From positions 1 to 64,000 of IMG/VR virus record IMGVR_UViG_3300001269_000001: DNA of 64,000 bases; one strand, given 5' to 3'. The stretch is from a virus. This document shows, one piece after another, positions 1-7,722 of the stretch. Position 1 is the first letter of the stretch; each line of letters starts with the position of its first letter. The notes beneath the pieces were generated by a model. It made no database searches and was not told the DNA's origin. It worked only from the letters and a program-made list of their open reading frames with translations. Made by a program: the position numbers and the translations under genes.

Positions 1-48
1 TTCTGATAAAATAAATTTTGCTAATTTTACTAAATTATTTTTGTTCAT
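1..48 (-). CDS. First 16 codons of a further CGTxGC-family paralog (my label); the rest lies off the left edge
   Basis: Reverse complement reads ATG..=MNKNNLVKLAKFILSE, the family N-terminus. nt 1-38 are identical to 2166-2203. Confidence 0.6.
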   Translation of the reverse strand, partial: MNKNNLVKLAKFILSE

Positions 49-105
49 AATTTTTATTATTAAATTAAAGATTTTTGGTTATTTAGATGTGGTGTTTAAT
101 ATGAT

Positions 106-381
106 TTAATCAATATCCAAGTAGGAGCTATCCCTTTCAATTATTTCAAATCTCCTAACCCCTGAAACAACAACCACACCACCACTACCCTTATACGTTA
201 TAATATCACCACCCTCTAGTGAGGTTAGTTCTGGTGAGTATTTACTTAAAACACTTACGGTGTCCTTGTCACTGTTATAGTAAACAACAGCTATTTTTGA
301 TTTGTATACAAGGCCCTTCCTAGAAGAGCATCCAAACACCACTAAATTTAGTAGCAAAATTATTTTTATGAGAATATTCAT
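106..381 (-). CDS. Small putative lipoprotein
   Basis: 91 aa. N-terminus MNILIKIILLLNLVVFGCSS is a hydrophobic signal ending in a lipobox-like VFGC. ATG start. It sits inside the paralog array. Confidence 0.5.
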   Translation of the reverse strand: MNILIKIILLLNLVVFGCSSRKGLVYKSKIAVVYYNSDKDTVSVLSKYSPELTSLEGGDIITYKGSGGVVVVSGVRRFEIIERDSSYLDID

Positions 382-402
382 TAATTATTTTTTTAGTAAG
401 GG

Positions 403-828
403 TTAATAGTTGTAAATTTTATTTGGGTTAATTTCTTCGTACTGACTTGTTGTTTTAGAAAAAACAACACCACCTTCAAGTAAATAAATAACTCTCTTAA
501 CAAAACCTTCACGAGTGTTGTCAGCATCACACCAACAACCATTAAATAGAAAACCCCACTGTGGGGTTTTAATAACCCCAAAAACTCTTTTAGAATATAC
601 ATAAAAGCATAACTCACCAAAACAGTCAAAATCACCCTCAACAACTTCCAAGCCTTTCACAAACGGTGCCCAACCTAAAGCACAACCAATTGTACCACAA
701 TCGTTTTTTGATTTGAAATCACAGGGGTCTCCACCACCAATAGACCTAAAGCTTTCCATGTTGAATTGATCATCAGTGACTTTTTCAAGTATAGACTTTG
801 CTAATTTTACTAGATTTTCTTTATTCAT
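403..828 (-). CDS. CGTxGC-family paralog (intact)
   Basis: 141 aa with MNKENLVKLAK, DCGTIGCALGWAPFV, DNTREGFVKRVIYLLEGG and INPNKIYNY. ATG start. Confidence 0.85.
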   Translation of the reverse strand: MNKENLVKLAKSILEKVTDDQFNMESFRSIGGGDPCDFKSKNDCGTIGCALGWAPFVKGLEVVEGDFDCFGELCFYVYSKRVFGVIKTPQWGFLFNGCWCDADNTREGFVKRVIYLLEGGVVFSKTTSQYEEINPNKIYNY

Positions 829-884
829 AATTTGTTGTTGTTTTTTTGATACAGTGCAAAGTTAACTATTATTTGGACTAAAAC
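829..884 (-). promoter_or_regulatory. Array spacer cassette with a -7-like box TAACTTTG (857-864 on the plus strand)
   Basis: Minus strand reads ..TAACTTTGCACTGTATCAAAAAAAACAACAACAAATT-ATG. It matches TAnnTTTG and is homologous to the other array spacers. Confidence 0.45.
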
Positions 885-1316
885 CTAATATTCGTAAATT
901 TTATTTGGGTCAATATTTTTGTACTGGCATGTTTTTCGTTTAAGATCATTACCACCTTCAATTAAATAAAGAACTCTCTTAACAAAGCCTTTTCTAGTAT
1001 TGTCTATTGTTGACCAACCACTATCGAATAGAAAATACCAACATAGTTCACCATCGTTAATTTCAAAAACTCTACTTGAGTACTTATAAAATATTAGCGC
1101 ACAATTACGTGGGTTAAATTCAGTTTCAACAGCCTCCAAGCCCGGTACAAAAGGAGACCAGCCCAATGCACAACCTACAGTCCCACAATCATTTATTGAT
1201 ACGAAGTCTTTAGAAAAGCCATAGATGTCACGCCTATATTTACCCATATTAAACTGGTTATCAGTAACTCCTGAAAGAATGTATTTTGCTAATTTTACTA
1301 AATTTTCTCTATTCAT
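885..1316 (-). CDS. CGTxGC-family paralog (intact)
   Basis: 143 aa with MNRENLVKLAKYIL, DCGTVGCALGWSPFV, DNTRKGFVKRVLYLIEGG and NIDPNKIYEY. Confidence 0.85.
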   Translation of the reverse strand: MNRENLVKLAKYILSGVTDNQFNMGKYRRDIYGFSKDFVSINDCGTVGCALGWSPFVPGLEAVETEFNPRNCALIFYKYSSRVFEINDGELCWYFLFDSGWSTIDNTRKGFVKRVLYLIEGGNDLKRKTCQYKNIDPNKIYEY

Positions 1317-1369
1317 AGTTTTGTTATTTTTTTTGATAGTACATAGGTAGTTATTATTTGACTGAAAAC
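1317..1369 (-). promoter_or_regulatory. Array spacer cassette (degenerate box TACCTATG, 1342-1349)
   Basis: Minus strand reads ..CTACCTATGTACTATCAAAAAAAATAACAAAACT-ATG. It shares the (A/G)TATCAAAAA core with the other spacers. Confidence 0.35.
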
Positions 1370-1804
1370 CTAGTAATTGTTTATTTTATTTGGATCAATA
1401 TTTTTGTAAGGGTGCTTTTTATTTATAGAAAGGTCTTTACAATCTTCCAAGAAACAAACAACCCTACTTACAAAACCTTCTCTGGAATTATCTATTTTAG
1501 ACCAACCACTATTGAAAAGAAAGCTCCATTGACAATCTTCCTCATCAACTCCAAAAATCCTGTTTGAGTACTTATGGAATACTAACCTACGACTCAACCG
1601 GGCGTAATCACTATCAATAGCCTCCAAACCCTCCACAAAGGGAGACCAACCCAAAGCACACCCTACAGTACCACAATCTTCTTTTGATTTGAAATAAGTA
1701 GAAAATCCATAATTGTCAAGCCTATACCTACTCATATTAAACTGATCATCAGCAACATTGGTGAAAATATATTTTGCTAATTTTACTAAATTTTCCTTAT
1801 TCAT
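1370..1804 (-). CDS. CGTxGC-family paralog (intact)
   Basis: 144 aa with MNKENLVKLAKYIF, DCGTVGCALGWSPFV, DNSREGFVSRV and NIDPNKINNY. Confidence 0.85.
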   Translation of the reverse strand: MNKENLVKLAKYIFTNVADDQFNMSRYRLDNYGFSTYFKSKEDCGTVGCALGWSPFVEGLEAIDSDYARLSRRLVFHKYSNRIFGVDEEDCQWSFLFNSGWSKIDNSREGFVSRVVCFLEDCKDLSINKKHPYKNIDPNKINNY

Positions 1805-1852
1805 AACTTTTGTTTTTGATAGTGTAAAGGTGTTGATTTTTTATCTTAAAAC
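1805..1852 (-). promoter_or_regulatory. Array spacer cassette (box CACCTTTA, 1825-1832)
   Basis: Minus strand reads ..CACCTTTACACTATCAAAAACAAAAGTT-ATG. Confidence 0.4.
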
Positions 1853-2203
1853 CTAATATTCGTAGATTTTATTTGGATCAATGTTTTCGTAATTACTTTT
1901 TGTTAGTTTAAAATTCTTACCACCTTCAATAAGATAAATAACCCTTTTTACAAAACCTTCTCTGGAATCTTTCTGAATAATTAGCAAACAACAGATCCCC
2001 TCCCCAATAGCAAAAATCACTACCAATAGTCTCCAACCCCGGAACAAAAGGTGACCAACCTAAAGCACAGCCTACAGTACCACAGTCGTTTTTTGAGAAG
2101 AATTCTATCTCAGACCTATCATAGTTTGATCTAAATTCTTCCATATCAAAATTCTCATCAGTAACTTCTGATAAAATAAATTTTGCTAATTTTACTAAAT
2201 TAT
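1853..2203 (-). pseudogene. Decayed CGTxGC-family unit with no start codon, no spacer and an internal out-of-frame deletion
   Basis: Two ORF fragments lie in different frames (1926-2144 and 1853-2047). The N-terminal remnant NLVKLAKFILSEVTDENFD has no ATG. YSER is joined directly to DSREGFVKRV with a frame change. Confidence 0.75.
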
Positions 2204-2566
2204 CTAGTATTCGTATATTTTATTTGGGTTAATATTTTTGTACTGATTTGTGGATAGTTCAAGATCATCACCACCTTCAATAAGGTATAAAACTCTTTTT
2301 ACAAAACCCTCTCTGGAATTATCTATTTTATACCAATCACTATTAAAAAGAAAGATCCAGCAATCGTCAATACACCCAATACCGAAAACCCTTTCTGAAT
2401 AATCATTAAAACCCAGACTACCTAGACAGCAAAAATCATATTCAATAGTTTCCAAGCCCGGTACAAAAGGAGCCAAACCTAATGCACACCCTACAGTTCC
2501 GCAACTCTCTTTTGAGAGGAATTTTAGATTAACCCCTAAACTAGGGTTAGATCTAAAATATTTCAT
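2204..2566 (-). CDS. N-terminally truncated CGTxGC-family paralog (possibly a pseudogene)
   Basis: 120 aa starting at the family-internal Met (..QFYM|KYFRS). It keeps SCGTVGCALGLAPFV, DNSREGFVKRVLYLIEGG and NINPNKIYEY. The upstream remnant LTNVSDEQFY is out of frame with ATG 2611-2613, across an A9 tract. Confidence 0.6.
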   Translation of the reverse strand: MKYFRSNPSLGVNLKFLSKESCGTVGCALGLAPFVPGLETIEYDFCCLGSLGFNDYSERVFGIGCIDDCWIFLFNSDWYKIDNSREGFVKRVLYLIEGGDDLELSTNQYKNINPNKIYEY

Positions 2567-2638
2567 GTAAAACTGTTCGTCAGAAACATTGGTGAGATTT
2601 GTTTTTTTTTCATTTGATATTGAATTGATGGTTAAATC

Positions 2639-3049
2639 CTAATATTCATAGATATTTTTTACATCTATTGTGTTAAAAGCAGTAGTTGACAGTTCATATC
2701 TGTCTAGACTACCTACTCTTAAAATAGCAATAAACCTTTTTACAAACCCCTCCTTGGTTCGGTCTCTAAAAAACCAATCACCATTAAATAAAAAATCAAA
2801 CAAACCCATACTATTAATTAGGTATGCATTCGGGCAATACTGACTAAAAAGTGATAACAGGTCTTCATCAACCCTGCTAAAATCAATACTTGACTTAAGT
2901 GGGTAAAAACCGAAAGTTTCATAAAAACCCGATATCTCTAGTCCTTTTTTATAAAACCTATCAGATGTAGTCTTAAAATGATGGTCTGAAATATTTTCAA
3001 AAATATACTTTGACAATAAAATAAGGCTTTTTTTATTTATACTGTTCAT
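2639..3049 (-). CDS. Divergent CGTxGC-family paralog lacking the Cys motif
   Basis: 136 aa. It keeps LILLSKYIFENISD, FDFLFNGDW..DRTKEGFVKRF and NTIDVKNIYEY. It has no DCGTxGCALGW block. Confidence 0.7.
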   Translation of the reverse strand: MNSINKKSLILLSKYIFENISDHHFKTTSDRFYKKGLEISGFYETFGFYPLKSSIDFSRVDEDLLSLFSQYCPNAYLINSMGLFDFLFNGDWFFRDRTKEGFVKRFIAILRVGSLDRYELSTTAFNTIDVKNIYEY

Positions 3050-3099
3050 AATTTTGTTCTTTTTGATAGTGTAAAGGTAGTGCTTATTTATCTTAAAAC
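3050..3099 (-). promoter_or_regulatory. Array spacer cassette (box TACCTTTA, 3072-3079)
   Basis: Minus strand reads ..CACTACCTTTACACTATCAAAAAGAACAAAATT-ATG. Confidence 0.4.
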
Positions 3100-3555
3100 C
3101 TAGTAATTATTTATTTTATTTGGGTCAATGTTTTTGTACTGGCATGTTTTTCGTTCAAGATCATTACCACCTTCAATTAAATAAAGAACCCTCTTAACAA
3201 AACCTTCTCTGGTATTATCTATTTCATACCAAAGACTATGAAAAATAAATTTCCAACAGTCTTCACTACAATCAATTCCAAAAACCCTTTCTGAGTATTC
3301 ATAAAATACCAACCTATTGAACCCTGCAAAGATCTCAATAAAATCATCTTCAACAACCTCTAACCCTTTTACGAAAGGAGACCAGCCTAATGCACAACCT
3401 ACAGTACCACAATCTTCTTTTGAGTAAAATTTTACATCACACTCTTCACCACTAGACCTAAAAAATTCCATATCAAATTGTTCGTCAGAAACCTCTGATA
3501 AAATATATTTTGATAATTTTACTAGATTCTTATTATTCATAGCTTTATATTTCAT
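3100..3555 (-). CDS. CGTxGC-family paralog (intact)
   Basis: Carries DCGTVGCALGWSPFV, DNTREGFVKRVLYLIEGG and NIDPNKINNY. The family-type start MNNKNLVKL is the ATG at 3540. The ATG at 3555 gives a 5-aa extension. Confidence 0.85.
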   Translation of the reverse strand: MKYKAMNNKNLVKLSKYILSEVSDEQFDMEFFRSSGEECDVKFYSKEDCGTVGCALGWSPFVKGLEVVEDDFIEIFAGFNRLVFYEYSERVFGIDCSEDCWKFIFHSLWYEIDNTREGFVKRVLYLIEGGNDLERKTCQYKNIDPNKINNY

Positions 3556-3895
3556 TTATAATCAACTTAACATCACCTGTTTTAAAATGGTAAGACCTCC
3601 AAATACCAGCCTTACCAATCCTTAAAACTACACCCCTAGTAAGTATATAGGGGTTCATATCAAACTCACCAACAGAGTTAGTGGATAATTTAAAGGTTGA
3701 ATAGCCAAGGGCTTCTTCAAAAGTGTATGCCATGATGGGGAAGGTTCTTTTAAAAGAACCCTCTTCACCATCTTCATAAATAACTTCTACCTCAAAAGAA
3801 CCCCGACACATACGGTATTCAAAATGTATCTCACCACACTTACTACACCAAAATCTATCGTCATTAAAATCTCTTGTTTTTATAGGGTGACTCAT
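3545..3895 (-). CDS. Hypothetical protein with a CxxC..C motif
   Basis: 116-aa ORF, tightly packed between neighbours. The CSKCGEIHFEYRMC segment is weakly zinc-ribbon-like. Confidence 0.55.
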   Translation of the reverse strand: MSHPIKTRDFNDDRFWCSKCGEIHFEYRMCRGSFEVEVIYEDGEEGSFKRTFPIMAYTFEEALGYSTFKLSTNSVGEFDMNPYILTRGVVLRIGKAGIWRSYHFKTGDVKLIINEI

Positions 3896-3897
3896 TG

Positions 3898-5073
3898 TTA
3901 TATGTAAAAGTCAACCTTTCTAATAGAAACATCTTCATCATTTGCAATAAGTAGGTATAATGAGTTATTATCCTTGTGCTTGACGATAGATACAACCCCT
4001 CCGTTAAACGCCTCATCAGATCCATAAAGAGGCTGGTTAAAGTTAAACTTGTACACATTATCACTTTTAAAGTCTATAACCAAAGACTCACTAAACCTAC
4101 CCGGGTTTGTAACCAAACAAACATCATCTTTTATGTGTGTTATCTTATGGTTAAATGGAACATTATGGTAGTCATAAAGGTATGGAACCCCATTATAATC
4201 AATCTTTGTTACTGGGGTTTCTGAGCTTATGTCAGTATAACACATAACATAATTACCGTTCGTAAGTGTTGCAAGAGATGTGTTAAAATCAAACTTACCG
4301 GGCTTACTAACCAATTTCTCAAGATGTGGGCCTGATCCAGTCTTAACCACTTCAATAAGGTTTGGTTTGTCGTTTGAGATCATATCCATCCTTGGGTTGA
4401 AGTTAGCTCCTGCAAAGTAAAATGAGCCATCTTCACTAATTTGAATGGAGTCAGAGAACCTTTGGTAAGGACTATTGTTAACACCACTTTCAAAGTTGAA
4501 GATAGGGTTCTTCCCATCAGGAAGTATTTCATTGAATTCAAGAGTTTTTTCATCCCTTTGTAGGATTGAATAACTCATAAGGTTTGGCTCATCATTCCAT
4601 TTCATACCCGGCCTCAAGTGCTTCCTACACTTCATGTAAACTCTTCCGTCAATGTCATCAAAAGATACATAGCTAAATCCAGCACCTTTTATATCCTCTG
4701 GGTTTATTTTAACCATTTCGATATCACCATCGCCTCTTATAGAAGTTGTTGAAATATACCCGTTAAATTCTGCACTATTGTGCATATTACCGACAAGATA
4801 CAGCCTGTACTGTGGATCTATATAAACACCAAATGTGTTATGGATATCTTCCAGATAATCTTCTTCTAGGTAAATCTCTGAAATCAACAAATCATCTCTA
4901 TATATTAATACATAGTGAGAACCATTCTTTAGAGTAATTACAGTTGCTAAGTAATTATCCCTAAGGGCTATGTTTTGTGATATTGAGTTTAGCGTTGTTG
5001 ATAAAAGGTCTCTCTTAAGAACCCTAGAAAACTCTAATGTTTTTTGTTTTGTTATAAATGGCAGTCTACTCAT
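3898..5073 (-). CDS. Hypothetical protein (beta-rich)
   Basis: 391-aa uninterrupted ORF with an ATG start. No motif recognised. Confidence 0.7.
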   Translation of the reverse strand: MSRLPFITKQKTLEFSRVLKRDLLSTTLNSISQNIALRDNYLATVITLKNGSHYVLIYRDDLLISEIYLEEDYLEDIHNTFGVYIDPQYRLYLVGNMHNSAEFNGYISTTSIRGDGDIEMVKINPEDIKGAGFSYVSFDDIDGRVYMKCRKHLRPGMKWNDEPNLMSYSILQRDEKTLEFNEILPDGKNPIFNFESGVNNSPYQRFSDSIQISEDGSFYFAGANFNPRMDMISNDKPNLIEVVKTGSGPHLEKLVSKPGKFDFNTSLATLTNGNYVMCYTDISSETPVTKIDYNGVPYLYDYHNVPFNHKITHIKDDVCLVTNPGRFSESLVIDFKSDNVYKFNFNQPLYGSDEAFNGGVVSIVKHKDNNSLYLLIANDEDVSIRKVDFYI

Positions 5074-5135
5074 AAAAATTATTTAAAATGTTTAATTTAA
5101 AACTAATAAAAACCTTGTTCACTATTATATATGGA

Positions 5136-5705
5136 CTAATCCATATTATTTACTGAAACTGATACAGTGTTGAATGGAGCACATACAGATGGGCTATAAA
5201 ATGTTGAAGCCTTTAGAGCATTTATTAAAAAGGTTTCAATATCATCCTCAGACTTGGGTGGGTTGATGTTTTGTGAAAACATAGATCCATAGGCGTAAGA
5301 GCTTCCAGAACCAACACTCTCAAAGTTCATCAAGCTTTCACCAACTTGAAAATCAGAGTCTATTTTAAATAGCCTGCCTGAATAACCAGCCAAAAAACAC
5401 CCGCCAGATTCAACATTATTTGAAGAGCTAAGAAAACCACCCTCCTTAAGTGATTTTCTAACTTCGTCAATAAATAGGGTGTTCATATACTCTTCAACAG
5501 TTATTGAAGGCCTATGTTGAGGTGGTTTAAAGGAATATTTCAAAATATTTATAATTCTAAAAGATGATGTTGCACCAAAGGCAAAATCACCATTAACCCA
5601 AACCTTAGAGTCCTTTCTAAGGGTTATTCGGTTTGGGTTAAACCCAGCACTGTCACCAGCTATCTTAACTACTTTTCCGTTTGAAAAACCTACTATACAA
5701 GTCAT
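5136..5705 (-). CDS. HslV/proteasome-beta-like Ntn (T1-type) peptidase
   Basis: MTCIVGFSNGKVVKIAGDSAG aligns by eye with HslV TTIVSVRRNGHVVIAGDGQ, with Thr at position 2. Later ..FESVGSGSSYAYG aligns with HslV ..IAIGSGGPYAQ. Confidence 0.6.
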   Translation of the reverse strand: MTCIVGFSNGKVVKIAGDSAGFNPNRITLRKDSKVWVNGDFAFGATSSFRIINILKYSFKPPQHRPSITVEEYMNTLFIDEVRKSLKEGGFLSSSNNVESGGCFLAGYSGRLFKIDSDFQVGESLMNFESVGSGSSYAYGSMFSQNINPPKSEDDIETFLINALKASTFYSPSVCAPFNTVSVSVNNMD

Positions 5706-5777
5706 ACCATACTTTTTTTACAAAAATAATTAAAAAAACATCTATACCTAACGTTTATCTATTTTTATTCAGAGTTA

Positions 5778-6170
5778 TCATAATTTACTTCTATTTAAAT
5801 CAGATAAAGTTTTTTCTTTATGACAGTCTAGACATAGTGTTTGAAAATTCTCTAAAGAACACCCTCCACCTCCTAAGTGTACTGGTTTTATGTGGTCGGC
5901 CTGCCAGCTTTCTGACTCAACCCCACACATATGGCAGAAGCCAAAGTCCACTTTGAACAATTCATCACGGATTACACCAATATCACCTTTTATTACAGCA
6001 AACTTTCTGTAAGACTTGTCACTACAATTTTTAGAGAACCACTTTCTTTTACGTTTTGGAAGCTCTCTACCGCACCCACAAGCACAAAAACCCTCAACTT
6101 TTGGAAACATACTGGTCATTGAAAGACCTTTCTGATACCTTTTGTACCTATCTATTTTAAAGGACTTCAT
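5778..6170 (-). CDS. HNH endonuclease
   Basis: CHMCGVESESWQADHIKPVHLGGGGCSLENFQTLCLDCHKEKT is a classic HNH motif with flanking Cys pairs. Confidence 0.85.
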   Translation of the reverse strand: MKSFKIDRYKRYQKGLSMTSMFPKVEGFCACGCGRELPKRKRKWFSKNCSDKSYRKFAVIKGDIGVIRDELFKVDFGFCHMCGVESESWQADHIKPVHLGGGGCSLENFQTLCLDCHKEKTLSDLNRSKL

Positions 6171-6678
6171 GTGGCTCTATATCTATTTTTCTGTAAAAGT
6201 ATGAGTTCATCTCCATTCTTACATTGTCAAACTTATCCTCATGCTTGTACTTGGTACCACGAATTATCTTTTTTGAGTCTTTACATATATAGCTCTTACG
6301 TACCCAAATTCTTAGGTACCCATCCTTATCACAATCCATTTCTAAACCTTCAAAGCTACACCCTCTAGCCTTGCAGTAATGCTTCATGTATTCAAAGCTA
6401 GGGAAATCTAAATCAATGAAGCAGCCAACGTACTCAGCAAATAAAGACATTCTCTCAGCACCACCACCCTTTTTCCAATAAACAGGGCCTTTAGTGTCAC
6501 AAACCTGAGATAGTTTGTCCAACACTTGTGATTTAAGGTGGTAAAACCCTTCACTATAAACAATTACTAGCTTTTCTAGGTTTAAGTGATTAGCAGCTTT
6601 TACAAGCAAATCTTCAAGATTTAATTTAATTATCATACCATTAGTTTTTATAGTACCAAAGCTTGTTTCTAAGTTCAT
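6157..6678 (-). CDS. Hypothetical protein
   Basis: 173-aa ORF. The internal ATG at 6636 (MIIKLNLEDL) would avoid overlapping the amidase gene. Confidence 0.6.
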   Translation of the reverse strand: MNLETSFGTIKTNGMIIKLNLEDLLVKAANHLNLEKLVIVYSEGFYHLKSQVLDKLSQVCDTKGPVYWKKGGGAERMSLFAEYVGCFIDLDFPSFEYMKHYCKARGCSFEGLEMDCDKDGYLRIWVRKSYICKDSKKIIRGTKYKHEDKFDNVRMEMNSYFYRKIDIEPHEVL

Positions 6679-7264
6679 CCAAAGGGAATGCTGGCCCGGG
6701 GTCTGTTTTCCTACCTACAGATATCTCCTCATGCCCAACAACACTTGAGATAGACGGGTAGTGATCTATTAGTGATTGGCAAAGTTGAAAGCATTTTTCA
6801 ATCTGAATGTACGTGTATTTATGCCAAAATTCTTCATGATCTTCACTGCTATTCCTATGAACCGCCTTAACAACCTCATTATCAGAATAACCACCCCCAA
6901 ACCAAGATCTATAATAGTCATCACTAATCTTTTCAAGTTTACCTGCATTGTCAATTTCAATGCCTATAGAAAAGTTATTGTAGTTTTTTCTACCTAAGAA
7001 ACTGCTTTTACCAGCATGCCAAGCAATTTTGTCAAAGGGTACACACTGGTAAATATGACCACTTCTATCCAGTACAATATGGGCAGAAGCCCTAACCTTA
7101 TCATTACAAAGATGTTTTGCCGATGATATTCCATCAGAACCACCTGTATAGTGTATGACTATTGAATCTGGGCTTGACCTAAACCTCTTATAGTTCTTAT
7201 GGCATTCAAAGTTTGTAACCTCTGAATTTGATTTAAGCCTATTGTTTAAATTACTTATTATCAT
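6641..7264 (-). CDS. N-acetylmuramoyl-L-alanine amidase (Amidase_2/PGRP-type endolysin)
   Basis: IVIHYTGG, AHIVLDRSGHIYQCVPFDKIAWHAGKS, NNFSIGIEIDNAG and VVGHEEI..KTDPGPAFP. It overlaps the holin gene by 4 nt. Confidence 0.85.
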   Translation of the reverse strand: MIISNLNNRLKSNSEVTNFECHKNYKRFRSSPDSIVIHYTGGSDGISSAKHLCNDKVRASAHIVLDRSGHIYQCVPFDKIAWHAGKSSFLGRKNYNNFSIGIEIDNAGKLEKISDDYYRSWFGGGYSDNEVVKAVHRNSSEDHEEFWHKYTYIQIEKCFQLCQSLIDHYPSISSVVGHEEISVGRKTDPGPAFPLDELRNKLWYYKN

Positions 7265-7719
7265 AAATATTCATCCTTTCTGTCTTTCTTTTTTAAAAAA
7301 GATATGTCAGCATTCTTAGTTAGATTGTGTGCAACCTTTTCCATAGACCTTCCAATAACATAACCTCCAAGACCTAACTCCAAAAGATCCCAAAATTTTT
7401 CAGGAAGTGTTTCACTAACCTTTATTGCATTTGGGAAAAATGCAGGTTGAAGAAAGTATGTGTAAAAAACTATAAATGCAAATGAAACCATTACGACCGG
7501 CCTCCAATTTCTTTGCAAAGCGTTTCCTTTAACCTCAGCAAGTGCAACCTTATGTTGAGCATCTTGTAAAGATGAAAGTGACTCTAAGACTATTGAAGAA
7601 AGGTCTGTCTTAGCTTGGTTCTTCTCATCGTCTGTTGAGGTGATATTGTCAATCACCTTTCCAGCTCGGTCTATTATTTTAGACCCCTCCTTATTTAGAA
7701 GTTTTCCTATTATACCCAT
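7261..7719 (-). CDS. Holin (resembles the GTA/3-TM holin family)
   Basis: Soluble N-terminal part with TSTDDEKNQ..AQ..ALAEV, then NWRPVVMVSFAFIVFYTYFLQPAFF and a second hydrophobic segment. It lies immediately upstream of the amidase. Confidence 0.6.
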   Translation of the reverse strand: MGIIGKLLNKEGSKIIDRAGKVIDNITSTDDEKNQAKTDLSSIVLESLSSLQDAQHKVALAEVKGNALQRNWRPVVMVSFAFIVFYTYFLQPAFFPNAIKVSETLPEKFWDLLELGLGGYVIGRSMEKVAHNLTKNADISFLKKKDRKDEYL

Positions 7720-7722
7720 TTT

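Noticed and set aside
1358-1567. Plus-strand ORFs antisense to array units (1358-1567 and 8661-8864, both starting MTENLVIV..), plus many other antisense or nested track ORFs. Examples are 393-644, 3864-4064, 10431-10634, 15029-15265, 30521-30784 and 38178-38471.
   Set aside because: They lie entirely inside longer ORFs that have recognisable motifs or coherent operon packing. The two similar plus-strand ORFs are simply the antisense image of repeated array sequence.
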